Assembly (NCBI GenBank): GCA_951812955.1
Contig: OX638340.1
Location: 2,208,001-2,272,000 of the forward strand
DNA length: 64,000 nt
Direction: 5' to 3'
Origin: an uncultured Gemmatimonadota bacterium
Lineage (GTDB): Bacteria > JAAXHH01
Shown here: positions 30,707 through 39,194 of the stretch, piece after piece
Numbering within the stretch: the stretch's first letter is position 1
How the letters are laid out: the number at the start of each line of letters is the position of its first letter
Notes under the pieces: model-generated
Database searches by the model: none
Seen by the model: the letters and a program-made list of their open reading frames with translations, nothing else
What the model was told of the DNA's origin: nothing
Position numbers and translations under genes: made by a program

Positions 30707-33082
30707 ATGATCTCACACCGATTCATCCCCCTGCTCGCCACAATTGTTACGTGCGCGTCGTTCCAGACCGTTGCGCCCGTCACCCATGCGCAGGACCAGC
30801 CACCGGGTCAGCTGCAATCCAAGCGCCCGATTCGCGTCGAAGTCCCGCTCTTCGAGGGCGGCCAGGGGCTGGAGTTCTTCCTCGAGTGCGCCCGGACCTA
30901 TGAACAGGAGCATGAGGGCGTAGTGATCGACCTCTACGGCGATCCCCGCATACACGACAAGGTGCGGGTGCGCATCCTTGAACGCTCCTTCCCCGAGGTC
31001 ACAAACGCCCGCCTGAACTACTGGGCGCTCATCCGCAACGGCGACCTGCTGCCCTTGGACGAGTTTCTCGACCAGCCCAACTGGGAAGGGGACCGTACCT
31101 GGCGCGAATCGTTCCTGCCCGGTACGCTGACCCAGTACACGCATGAGGGTAAGACCTATGGCGTTCCCCTGATGGCGTCGGCCTACGCGGTGTGGTACAA
31201 CAAGAGCCTCTTCGAAGAACACGGCTGGCAACCGGCGACCACCTGGGAAGAGTTCTTTGCGCTTTGCGAAGAGATCAAGGCCGCCGGCATGTGGCCGCTC
31301 GCCTTCCAGGGCCGTTACCCGGGCTACGTGCAGGCCGTGATCGACCACGCATACTACCACCTGGCAGGACCGGAAAGGTACTTCGACCAGAAGAACCTGG
31401 TACGCGGCAGTTTTGACAATCCCGAATTCGTCGAGTCCCTGTCCCTTGCGCAGCAAATCGCACTCAACTTTTTCCAGCCGGGCGCCATGGGCATGAGCCA
31501 CACCGAATCGCAGCTCGAGTTCTTCCTGGGCCACACGGCCATGATCTTCTGCGGTTCGTGGCTCAAGAGCGAGATGCTGGGCAAGATACCGGACGGTTTC
31601 CGCCTGGGCTCCTTCAACCTGCCGGTAGCGCCTACCGGCAAGGCGGATCCATCGGCCGTTTACGGCGGGTCCGGGTACTATTTCGTCATGAAGGACAGCG
31701 ACAACCCGCTGGCCGGGGTCGAGTTCCTGCGCTTCATGACCTCCCGGCGCATGGCCGGCCGCTTCGCCCGGATGCGCGACATCCCCGTGTCCGTGGCCGG
31801 CGTATCCGAAGAGAACCTGTCGGAAGACATGGCCGACCTGGCGGCCATGCTGAAAGACGCGGCCGTCACTTACGGTACGCCGCCCGGGGAAGGCTATCCG
31901 GCTATGACGCAGTACTGGACCGACGCGCGCTTCCGCGTCATAACCGGACAAACCACGCCAGCCGAAGCCGCGGCGGAACTGGAAACCGCGGCGGCCGTGG
32001 TCCTGCGCCAGACCGTATCCCCGGACGAGATCAACATCCGGCACGTATGGAAGCCCGTCCTGCTGATCGGTCTCATGGCTCTGGCGGTGGTCTACTGGTC
32101 GGCCACGACCTACAGGCACTACCGGGAACGCAGGCGCGCCGGAATCAGCACCACGGAGGGCCGTCCCTTTCTTCGCCGGACCGACCGGATCATCCTCATC
32201 GCGCCCGCCCTCGTGCTTTACACGGTGTTCGTGATCATTCCGAGCGCGAAATCGTTCCTCTGGAGCCTGAACGAGTGGGATGGGCTGACTGAAATGCGTT
32301 ACACGGGCCTGCTCAACTTCGGCCGCCTGCTCTTCGAAAGCGACGGATTCTGGATCGCGCTGAACAACAACCTGTTCATCATGTTCGTAATCCCGCTGTT
32401 CGTCATCCCGATTTCTCTCTTCCTGGCCGTATGCATCAGCCGAGAGATCTGGGGGTCGCGATTCTTTCGCATCGCCTTCTTCTTCCCGAACATTCTCGGT
32501 GCCGTGGCCGCCACGCTCCTCTGGATGCACCTCTACAATCCCCAGGGCGGTCCGATAAACACGGCGCTGGTGGGCATCGGGGTGATCCTGTCCGCGGCCG
32601 GTCTGGAAACCGCGGGAAGCTGGCTGCAGGCCATGGAAGGATTCGCCTGGCTGTCGCAGTCCAACCTGTACTGGGCGCTGATCCCCATGTCCATCTGGGG
32701 CGCGTGCGGGTTCAACATGATCCTCTTCCTGGCCGCCATGGAGAGCATTCCCCAGAGTCTCTACGAAGCGGCGGATATCGACGGCGCATCGTCGTGGCGG
32801 CAGTTCTGGACCATCACCCTGCCCCTGATCTGGGAGGTGCTATCCATCTCCATCGTTTTCATGGTCATCGGCGGAATGAAGGTCTTCGAGTCCATATGGC
32901 TTTTGACCAACCAGTCGCCGACCACGCAGGTGCACGTCATCGGCACGCTCATGGTGCAGGACATGTTTACCGAGTTCAAGATCGGCGAAGCCACGGCCAT
33001 CGCCGTACTGCTGTTCATCATGGTCTTTTTCGGAACGGCCGCCACGTTGAGACTCATGCGGAGGGAAACGGTGGAATTCTGA
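30707..33082 (+). CDS. fusion of ABC (CUT1-type) extracellular solute-binding protein and ABC permease
   Basis: 791 aa. Signal peptide; ~430-aa sugar-SBP-like domain; an extra TM helix VLLIGLMALAVVYWSATTY; then a MalF/UgpA-type permease domain with the EAA loop YEAADIDGASSWRQFWTITLP. Confidence 0.7.
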   Translation: MISHRFIPLLATIVTCASFQTVAPVTHAQDQPPGQLQSKRPIRVEVPLFEGGQGLEFFLECARTYEQEHEGVVIDLYGDPRIHDKVRVRILERSFPEVTNARLNYWALIRNGDLLPLDEFLDQPNWEGDRTWRESFLPGTLTQYTHEGKTYGVPLMASAYAVWYNKSLFEEHGWQPATTWEEFFALCEEIKAAGMWPLAFQGRYPGYVQAVIDHAYYHLAGPERYFDQKNLVRGSFDNPEFVESLSLAQQIALNFFQPGAMGMSHTESQLEFFLGHTAMIFCGSWLKSEMLGKIPDGFRLGSFNLPVAPTGKADPSAVYGGSGYYFVMKDSDNPLAGVEFLRFMTSRRMAGRFARMRDIPVSVAGVSEENLSEDMADLAAMLKDAAVTYGTPPGEGYPAMTQYWTDARFRVITGQTTPAEAAAELETAAAVVLRQTVSPDEINIRHVWKPVLLIGLMALAVVYWSATTYRHYRERRRAGISTTEGRPFLRRTDRIILIAPALVLYTVFVIIPSAKSFLWSLNEWDGLTEMRYTGLLNFGRLLFESDGFWIALNNNLFIMFVIPLFVIPISLFLAVCISREIWGSRFFRIAFFFPNILGAVAATLLWMHLYNPQGGPINTALVGIGVILSAAGLETAGSWLQAMEGFAWLSQSNLYWALIPMSIWGACGFNMILFLAAMESIPQSLYEAADIDGASSWRQFWTITLPLIWEVLSISIVFMVIGGMKVFESIWLLTNQSPTTQVHVIGTLMVQDMFTEFKIGEATAIAVLLFIMVFFGTAATLRLMRRETVEF

Positions 33083-33125
33083 TGAATCGGGCGAGAACGA
33101 AGCAGCGAACGACGGTGAGGAACTG

Positions 33126-34046
33126 ATGACGCGGACGGACGAAATGAAACAAGCTGGAGATAACGGCCGGACGGGCGAAACGAGTCCGAAGGGCGAGATG
33201 CGCCGGACCGCGGCCTGGAATCTGATTGTATACCCGATCCTGCTCGGTTACCTGGTCATCGTGGTCTATCCGATGGCCTGGCTGCTTTACACGTCGCTCA
33301 AGACGGACCGGGAGATCTTCCTTGCGCCCTTCACGCTGCCGGACTGGGCGGACCTGCAATGGATAAACTTTTCGCGGGCATGGACAGTGGGGCAATTCGG
33401 GGATTACTTCCTGAACAGCGCGGTGCTGACGGTCCTGACCGTGATCCTGTCCCTGCTCTTCGCGGCCATGGCGGCCTATGCCCTCTCGCGGTTCCGCTTC
33501 TTCGGCGCGCGACCGTTGTTCTTCTTCTTCCTGGCCGGCCTGATGGTGCCGCTGCAACTGGCCATCGTGCCGCTATTCTTCCAGATGAAGGACCTGATGC
33601 TGCTCAACTCCCGGCTGGGACTGCTGATCGTGTACATCGCCTTTGGCATGCCCTTCGCCATCTTCATCCTGGCGGGGTTCTTCAAATCGCTGCCGTCGGG
33701 CCTTCACGAATCTGCGCTCATGGATGGGGCCGGCGAACTGCGGGCCTTCTGGCACATTATGCTGCCGCTGGCCAAACCCGCCCTGGTCACCGTGGGCATC
33801 TTCGCCTTCCTCGGCACCTGGAACGAGTTCTTCATGGCCTTCATGTTCCTGTCGGGCGAAAATGCCGAAAACCTGCGCACCCTTCCGCTGGGCCTAGCCA
33901 ACATTACCATCGTGAGCCAGTACCGCAGTGACTGGGGCATGGCCTTCGCCGGCCTGGTGCTCATGATGCTGCCCACCATGGTGGTCTATGCCCTGCTACA
34001 GCGGCAGGTGACCCGGGGGATCACGGTGGGGGCGCTAAAGGGGTAA
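33126..34046 (+). CDS. ABC transporter permease (MalG/UgpE-type)
   Basis: 306 aa, six TM segments. EAA-like loop ESALMDGAGELRAFWHIMLPLAKPAL. Confidence 0.8.
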   Translation: MTRTDEMKQAGDNGRTGETSPKGEMRRTAAWNLIVYPILLGYLVIVVYPMAWLLYTSLKTDREIFLAPFTLPDWADLQWINFSRAWTVGQFGDYFLNSAVLTVLTVILSLLFAAMAAYALSRFRFFGARPLFFFFLAGLMVPLQLAIVPLFFQMKDLMLLNSRLGLLIVYIAFGMPFAIFILAGFFKSLPSGLHESALMDGAGELRAFWHIMLPLAKPALVTVGIFAFLGTWNEFFMAFMFLSGENAENLRTLPLGLANITIVSQYRSDWGMAFAGLVLMMLPTMVVYALLQRQVTRGITVGALKG

Positions 34047-34118
34047 ATTCCAGCGCTTTGTCATCTTAAATCCACAGAATGCACGGAAAGGTACATATTC
34101 ACTCCCGATTCTGTTTAA

Positions 34119-35717
34119 ATGGATCCATCAACGCGTCTGAGGACCAGGGATTGGCAGATCATGCCACACGATTCACAGCCAACAGACACGATCTGGTACT
34201 GCATTCGGCGAAATGGCATCGCGAAAGATGAAGGCTGGATCGGCGATGTCACGCTGGATGACTTGCCGAATCAGGTGGGCGTTGAACCGGGTGATACGTT
34301 CGAAGTTTGTATCGCTTCAGACTTTCAAACTGTACCGCCTGACCAGATATCCAGCTTCTTCTACAACCGGGACCGCGGGATTGTCGGCTTGGAGATGGCT
34401 TACGGTGATGAGACCTTGCGAATCGCGCCTACTCGAATGATCGCAGCGAATCTCGGGTTTGCCCGGGCCATGGAGAGATTCCGTCAACAGTTAAACATAA
34501 GCGCTGACGAATTCGCCACCAACGGCAGGCTGCGTGTTTTTTCCGCCAGGCAGGTCCTGGTACCGGGCGGAAGCATACCTGACCGAATGGAACTACATCG
34601 TGGATCAACACTCGTGACCGAGGCTCCGTCGGATGGCAGGGACCGAGCTGAGGTGCTGGCCTGTGGAATTAGTCGGTGGATGCTTCGAAATATGTCCGAG
34701 GATGGCGCGTTGCCCTACAAATACTGGCCTAGCCGGGGTAAAGAATCTCCGGCCGATAACGCCATTCGCCGGTTTCTTGCATCCCTGGCCCTTGAACGTC
34801 ACGGTAGATATTTCGATGACAAAGAAATTCGTGAGGCGGCCCGGCGCAACCTGGGCTTCAATCTGAAGCGGAATTTCAGGGTCATCGGCGGTGGAATAGG
34901 CGCCATAGTGGAACCAACAGGAGCGAAGCTTGGTGCGGCGGCGCTGGCCGCTTTGTGTATACTGGAGAGCCCGGCATTCAGTGATTTCAAGACCGAGTAC
35001 GACATGCTGACCGCTGGTGTGAACTCACTTGCGGATAAGGAAATGGGATTTCGTACATTCTTCTTTCCACCCGAACGCGACGGAGAAAACTGGAATTTCT
35101 ATTCGGGGGAAGCACTACTGTTCTGGGCCGAGGCCATGCGCCATGGCGCGCCGGGTGCCCCTACGCTGGAACGCTGCGCCGAGACTTTTGATAAGTGCCG
35201 GGAACGGCATTTTCGGGCACGGAACCCCGCTTTCGTTCCGTGGCATATACAGGCCTGCACATCCCTGTTCAAACAAACAAGGCGGCGTGAGTTCGTCGAT
35301 TTTGTGTTTGAGATCAGCGACTGGCTACTACCAATGCAGCAGTGGGACGGAATGTTGCCGGACCTTCGCGGTCGGTTCTACAATCCAAAACGACCGGATT
35401 TTGGACCGCCACACGCGGCTTCCACCGGAGCCTACCTCGAAGGTCTTGCGGACGCCTCGATGTTGGCGCAAATGGTAGGAGACTGTCCCCGTGCCAAAGC
35501 ATACCAACGAGTCGTAAACCGTGGGCTGCGTTCTCTACGTCAACTGCAGTTCCGCGATGCCTGCGACACTTTCTATATTTCAAAGAAACACCGTGTCATG
35601 GGCGCGATCCGTACGGAAGCCTACGACAATTCAGTTCGAGTCGACTCGGCAGCGCACGCCCTGATCGCGGCAGTAAAATGGCTGAAATCAGGACGTACTC
35701 ATTCGGTCGGCGCGTAG
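34119..35717 (+). CDS. hypothetical protein, possibly (alpha/alpha)6-barrel glycoside-hydrolase/epimerase-like; last gene of the ABC uptake operon
   Basis: 532 aa. Weak resemblance of the C-terminal ~370 aa to six-hairpin enzymes (FYSGEALLFWAEAM, ASTGAYLEGLADA). Assignment is uncertain. Confidence 0.35.
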   Translation: MDPSTRLRTRDWQIMPHDSQPTDTIWYCIRRNGIAKDEGWIGDVTLDDLPNQVGVEPGDTFEVCIASDFQTVPPDQISSFFYNRDRGIVGLEMAYGDETLRIAPTRMIAANLGFARAMERFRQQLNISADEFATNGRLRVFSARQVLVPGGSIPDRMELHRGSTLVTEAPSDGRDRAEVLACGISRWMLRNMSEDGALPYKYWPSRGKESPADNAIRRFLASLALERHGRYFDDKEIREAARRNLGFNLKRNFRVIGGGIGAIVEPTGAKLGAAALAALCILESPAFSDFKTEYDMLTAGVNSLADKEMGFRTFFFPPERDGENWNFYSGEALLFWAEAMRHGAPGAPTLERCAETFDKCRERHFRARNPAFVPWHIQACTSLFKQTRRREFVDFVFEISDWLLPMQQWDGMLPDLRGRFYNPKRPDFGPPHAASTGAYLEGLADASMLAQMVGDCPRAKAYQRVVNRGLRSLRQLQFRDACDTFYISKKHRVMGAIRTEAYDNSVRVDSAAHALIAAVKWLKSGRTHSVGA

Positions 35718-36334
35718 ATGTAGTGCCCGCGTCCTTTCTCCGGCAGCACGTCGAAAATCAAGTGCACCCGTGGTTCGTTTGTCGGGTTTCTCGCTTCGTG
35801 CAGCGCCTTGTTGTCGAACACCCACAGCTCGCCTTCCCGCATCACTATGGTTTCACCTTCTGCGGTCATTGGACTCCCCTCCGGGCTCCTCAGCACAAGG
35901 TGGTATCGATCACGTATTCGGTAGTAAGCGCCGGCGTCGGTATGAGGTCGAACCCACCCCTGAGGTTGCAAGGATACCAGTGTAGCGCGTCCAAGTACAC
36001 CCCGATGAAGCGTGGCGATCTCTTTACAGAACGCCAGCGTTCGGGGGAATTTTCTAGCAGTAGCAGTAGTGCGACTGTCATGGACGTCGTTGGCGTTTTT
36101 CGCTCCTGGAGGCAGTGGTTTTTTAGCGGTACGCAGAAAGATATTTTGGGTGTCGCGTTGACAACGAACCTTGCGTTGCCGACTGGTATCGGCGAGCCAA
36201 AGATCTGGTACTGTGTCCAATTCCAGCATTAGCGGTTCAATATCGATGCCCGTCGCGATCCGGGTGAAACGCTTACCTGCCGGTGACACATCATTTGATT
36301 CTTTACCGGGAATCACATCGGTCTTGTGTATCAC
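35699..36334 (-). CDS. aspartyl/asparaginyl beta-hydroxylase family (AspH/LpxO/CinX-type) Fe(II)/2OG oxygenase, soluble
   Basis: 211 aa. Family core GWVRPHTDAGAYYRIRDRYHLVL...GETIVMREGELWVFDNKALHEARN...RVHLIFDV, matching HxxPHxD...RLRxHLxL...FDDSFEHEAxN of AspH/LpxO. No membrane anchor. Confidence 0.7.
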   Translation of the reverse strand: MIHKTDVIPGKESNDVSPAGKRFTRIATGIDIEPLMLELDTVPDLWLADTSRQRKVRCQRDTQNIFLRTAKKPLPPGAKNANDVHDSRTTATARKFPRTLAFCKEIATLHRGVLGRATLVSLQPQGWVRPHTDAGAYYRIRDRYHLVLRSPEGSPMTAEGETIVMREGELWVFDNKALHEARNPTNEPRVHLIFDVLPEKGRGHYIYAPTE

Positions 36335-36469
36335 AAACGACCACCCTTACCGCCATATGCCAATGGGATTGATCAGCACCATCTCAGTATTCAACACAAG
36401 TAGTTACGTATGCTGGAGCCAGCTCAACAGGCCAGAAAGTACACGTTCGGTTAATCGAACAGCCATGAA

Positions 36470-37483
36470 TCAGTCGTCATCGTCGTCATCTTTATCATCG
36501 TCGTCATCGTCATCGTCGTCATCGTCGTCATCATCATCGCCGTCGCCATCCCCGTCACCATCCCCGTCGCCATCGCCATCGCCATCGCCGTCACCATCGC
36601 CGTCGCCATCCCCGTCTCCATCACCATCACCGTCGCCATCTCCATCACCATCGCCGTCACCGTCGCCATCCCCATCGCCGTCCCCATCTCCATCGCCGTC
36701 GCCGTTACCTCCAGAGTTCCCACTGGGCGGTGGACTTAACTCTTCATCGCCGTCGCCATCCCCATCGCCGTCTCCATCACCACTGGGCGGTGGACTTAAC
36801 ACTTCGTCACCGTCGCCATCCCCGTCGCCATCCCCGTCTCCATCACCGTCGCCATCCCCGTCTCCATCACCGTCGCCATCGCCATCCCCATCGCCATCGC
36901 CATCACCGTCGCCATCGCCATCCCCATCGCCATCGCCGTCACCATCCCCATCACCATCACCGTCGCCATCACCGTCGCCATCCCCGTCCCCATCTCCGTC
37001 GCCATCCCCGGCCCCGTCCCCATCGCCATCGCCGTCACCATCGCCGTCGCCATCCCCGTCTCCATCACCGTCCCCATCACCGTCGCCATCCCCGTCCCCA
37101 TCACCATCACCGTCACCATCGCCGTCACCGTCACCATCGCCGTCCCCATCGCCACCATTTGAACTTGTGGTATTTGTTACCACACTTGCGTTGTCCTCGT
37201 TATTGCTACCTGCATCCCCGTTCCCATCCCCATTTCCGTTCCTATCTCCATTTCCGTCACCATCTCCATCTCCATCGCCATCTCCGTCCCCGTCGCCGTC
37301 CCCATCGCCGCTGCCACCCGGACTCTGAGCACTCCCCACCTGATTCGCACTCGTGGCGAATCCAGACCCTGATCCCATGGGGTTCAGATCGTTGTCCCCT
37401 CTGCAACCCAGGATCATGAGCAACGAAGCGACAGTCAGTTGCATTCTTCGCAACCATTGCATAATGGTTCGGCACAAGGCCAT
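36470..37483 (-). CDS. predicted lipoprotein composed almost entirely of (Gly-Asp)n dipeptide repeats, ending in poly-Asp
   Basis: 337 aa. N-terminus MALCRTIMQWLRRMQLTVASLLMILGC (signal plus lipobox-like ILGC). Then GDGDGD... for most of its length, with two EVLSPPPSG / EELSPPPSG spacers and a ~20-residue Asp tail. Wobble asymmetry supports this strand: the Asp codons are always GAY while the Gly codons use all four third bases. Confidence 0.6.
   Translation of the reverse strand: MALCRTIMQWLRRMQLTVASLLMILGCRGDNDLNPMGSGSGFATSANQVGSAQSPGGSGDGDGDGDGDGDGDGDGDGNGDRNGNGDGNGDAGSNNEDNASVVTNTTSSNGGDGDGDGDGDGDGDGDGDGDGDGDGDGDGDGDGDGDGDGDGDGDGDGAGDGDGDGDGDGDGDGDGDGDGDGDGDGDGDGDGDGDGDGDGDGDGDGDGDGDGDGDGDGDGDGDGDGDEVLSPPPSGDGDGDGDGDGDEELSPPPSGNSGGNGDGDGDGDGDGDGDGDGDGDGDGDGDGDGDGDGDGDGDGDGDGDGDGDGDGDGDGDDDDDDDDDDDDDDDKDDDDDD
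36480..37320. repeat. ~840-bp hexanucleotide-periodic microsatellite-like repeat (GGN GAY)n with all six frames open
   Basis: Plus strand reads (TCN CCR)n = SPSPSP. Minus strand reads GDGDGD. The ORF track shows overlapping ORFs in every frame across this interval. A 27-bp element CCACTGGGCGGTGGACTTAAC(T/A)CTTC occurs twice inside. Confidence 0.85.
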
Positions 37484-37817
37484 GGCACGCTACCTATTTG
37501 CCGGTTTGGAAATACAGTACAGGAGTGTTATTTGATTGTAATACGGAGCACACACAATCATGAGGAACCCTACCTTTGCCGTGACAGGCTATAGGGAACG
37601 TCACGGCAGACACAGATAGTAGGTAACGTTGTGTACCCTAAATAAAACCGGATTCCAGCTTGGATGTCAATGATTTAGACTTCAAGGTGATCACAAGACC
37701 TTTACATGACACAGTAATCCGTCCACTTTCGCCATTTCGATTCCTATCACAGCAACTAGGAATACGGCACCGCGGCGACAGTCCTGGCCTTGCATACACG
37801 GGTATATCAATCAGGTA

Positions 37818-38177
37818 CTAAGGCTTGTCGATCCAGACCGGATCCGGCGTGATGCTCGTCTCTGGCGGCGGCCCGGTATCGGTCCATTCTTCCTCGTTCT
37901 CGAGGAGGAATCCGGGTTCGACCGACATGTCGTGATCGCAGATGATCTGGCAGGACAACCGTACCTCGCCGACCAGCCCTTTCTCGGAAAGTACCGCGTG
38001 CTCGGCCTCGGTCATCGTGTCCGGCTCGCCCTCACTGATGGTCACCCGGCAGGTTGTGCACTTGGCGTTCCCACCGCACCGGTGGCCGATGTTCACCCCG
38101 GTGCCCTCGATAGCCAGTACCAGACGCTGCCCGGAATCGACTTCGTTCTCCACTCCGTTGACGGTAAGTTTCGGCAT
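37818..38177 (-). CDS. 2Fe-2S ferredoxin (plant/adrenodoxin-like fold)
   Basis: 119 aa. Cys ligands in GHRCGGNAKCTTCRV and a distal LSCQIIC. Confidence 0.75.
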   Translation of the reverse strand: MPKLTVNGVENEVDSGQRLVLAIEGTGVNIGHRCGGNAKCTTCRVTISEGEPDTMTEAEHAVLSEKGLVGEVRLSCQIICDHDMSVEPGFLLENEEEWTDTGPPPETSITPDPVWIDKP

Positions 38178-38274
38178 GATTCCCTGCTCCTTTCGCGTGT
38201 GTGCTAAACCAGTCTCAAGTGGGTTGTGACTCCATCTCGATCGAATTCAGTACAAGTATCTCCGTTTGCTACGA

Positions 38275-39066
38275 TTAAATAACGTGACCCAGCCGGTCCC
38301 GAGTATGTTCCAGGTCCACCCAGCGATGCGGTCCGTCGGTTACAGCGTAGCACACCTCGTAGACCGGATTCTCCGTGGCCTGCAGGGCCAGTTCGATGAT
38401 CCGCGTGATGTCCGCCTGGCTGCACCAGACCGATCGCAGGAAGGGTTCTGTTGCCTCGTTCTCCTTGTTGACCCATCCGATGCGAAGGCAGACGACGGAA
38501 AAATCGTGGGCATCATGGTAGGTGCGGCAGATCCCCTCGCCCCAGATCTTGCTGGCGGAATAGGGTTCCGTGGGCCGCGGCGGATCGGTGACCTTGACGA
38601 TAGGCATGGGATCGGGCAGCCCCTCCAGACGGCCCTTCAGTAGCGACACGTACGGTTCGTCAAATTGACCGTATCCCCAACTCGCCATGACGGAACTCGC
38701 GTAGATCATTCGCCTGATGCCCTGTTCCCGGCAGACCTCCAGCACGTTGTAGGTACCCCGGATGTTGGCGTCCAGAATGGTCTCGAAGGACGCGCCCGGA
38801 TCGGGGACGGCGCCGAGATGGACCACGGCGTCCATGCCCTCGAGAGCCCTGGACACGGCATCGCGATCGGTCAGATCGGCCAGTGAGAATCGATCTTCCG
38901 GGATGCGCAGGAGATCCTCGTCGTCGATGCGGTCCGACGACACGGTCCGGCGGCCGCTGCCGTAGGCTTCGTACTCATCCTTTCCGCTCAGATACCTGTA
39001 GGTCAGGTTGCCGATCAGTCCGTACGCTCCTGTTACGTGGACCTTCAAGGGTGTTCCTTCGCTCAT
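38275..39066 (-). CDS. NAD-dependent epimerase/dehydratase (SDR family)
   Basis: 263 aa. Rossmann N-terminus VHVTGAYGLIGN and catalytic YSASK. Confidence 0.75.
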   Translation of the reverse strand: MSEGTPLKVHVTGAYGLIGNLTYRYLSGKDEYEAYGSGRRTVSSDRIDDEDLLRIPEDRFSLADLTDRDAVSRALEGMDAVVHLGAVPDPGASFETILDANIRGTYNVLEVCREQGIRRMIYASSVMASWGYGQFDEPYVSLLKGRLEGLPDPMPIVKVTDPPRPTEPYSASKIWGEGICRTYHDAHDFSVVCLRIGWVNKENEATEPFLRSVWCSQADITRIIELALQATENPVYEVCYAVTDGPHRWVDLEHTRDRLGHVI

Positions 39067-39194
39067 CGATTCCTCCAGTTTAACTTCGGCAGATTGGTCG
39101 TACTACTTCTCCAACATACGATTACGCAAAAGTCGAATCATGCCTGCTTAAGATGTCTCGCTCTTCAGTCAGTGAATTTCGGTAATGGCCCTGC

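Noticed and set aside
30713-32530. 605-aa minus-strand ORF
   Set aside because: Antisense shadow of the SBP-permease fusion gene.
36171-37328. Plus-strand 385-aa ORF encoding (Ser-Pro)n across the repeat
   Set aside because: It starts 160 nt inside the AspH-family gene on the opposite strand and has no signal or anchor. Its Pro codons use only A/G in the third position, which is the signature of selection on the minus-strand Asp codons. I treat it as an antisense shadow of the GD-repeat gene.
36451-37483. Possible CRISPR array, because of the dense periodic repeat
   Set aside because: The period is 6 nt with no unique spacers and no cas genes. It is a coding microsatellite, not CRISPR.
37600-37763. 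Inverted repeats CCGTGAC-N14-GTCACGG and ATTCCTA-N10-TAGGAAT between the ferredoxin and the GD-repeat gene
   Set aside because: Short stems without a following U-run. They could be a weak terminator or operator, but I cannot support a specific call.
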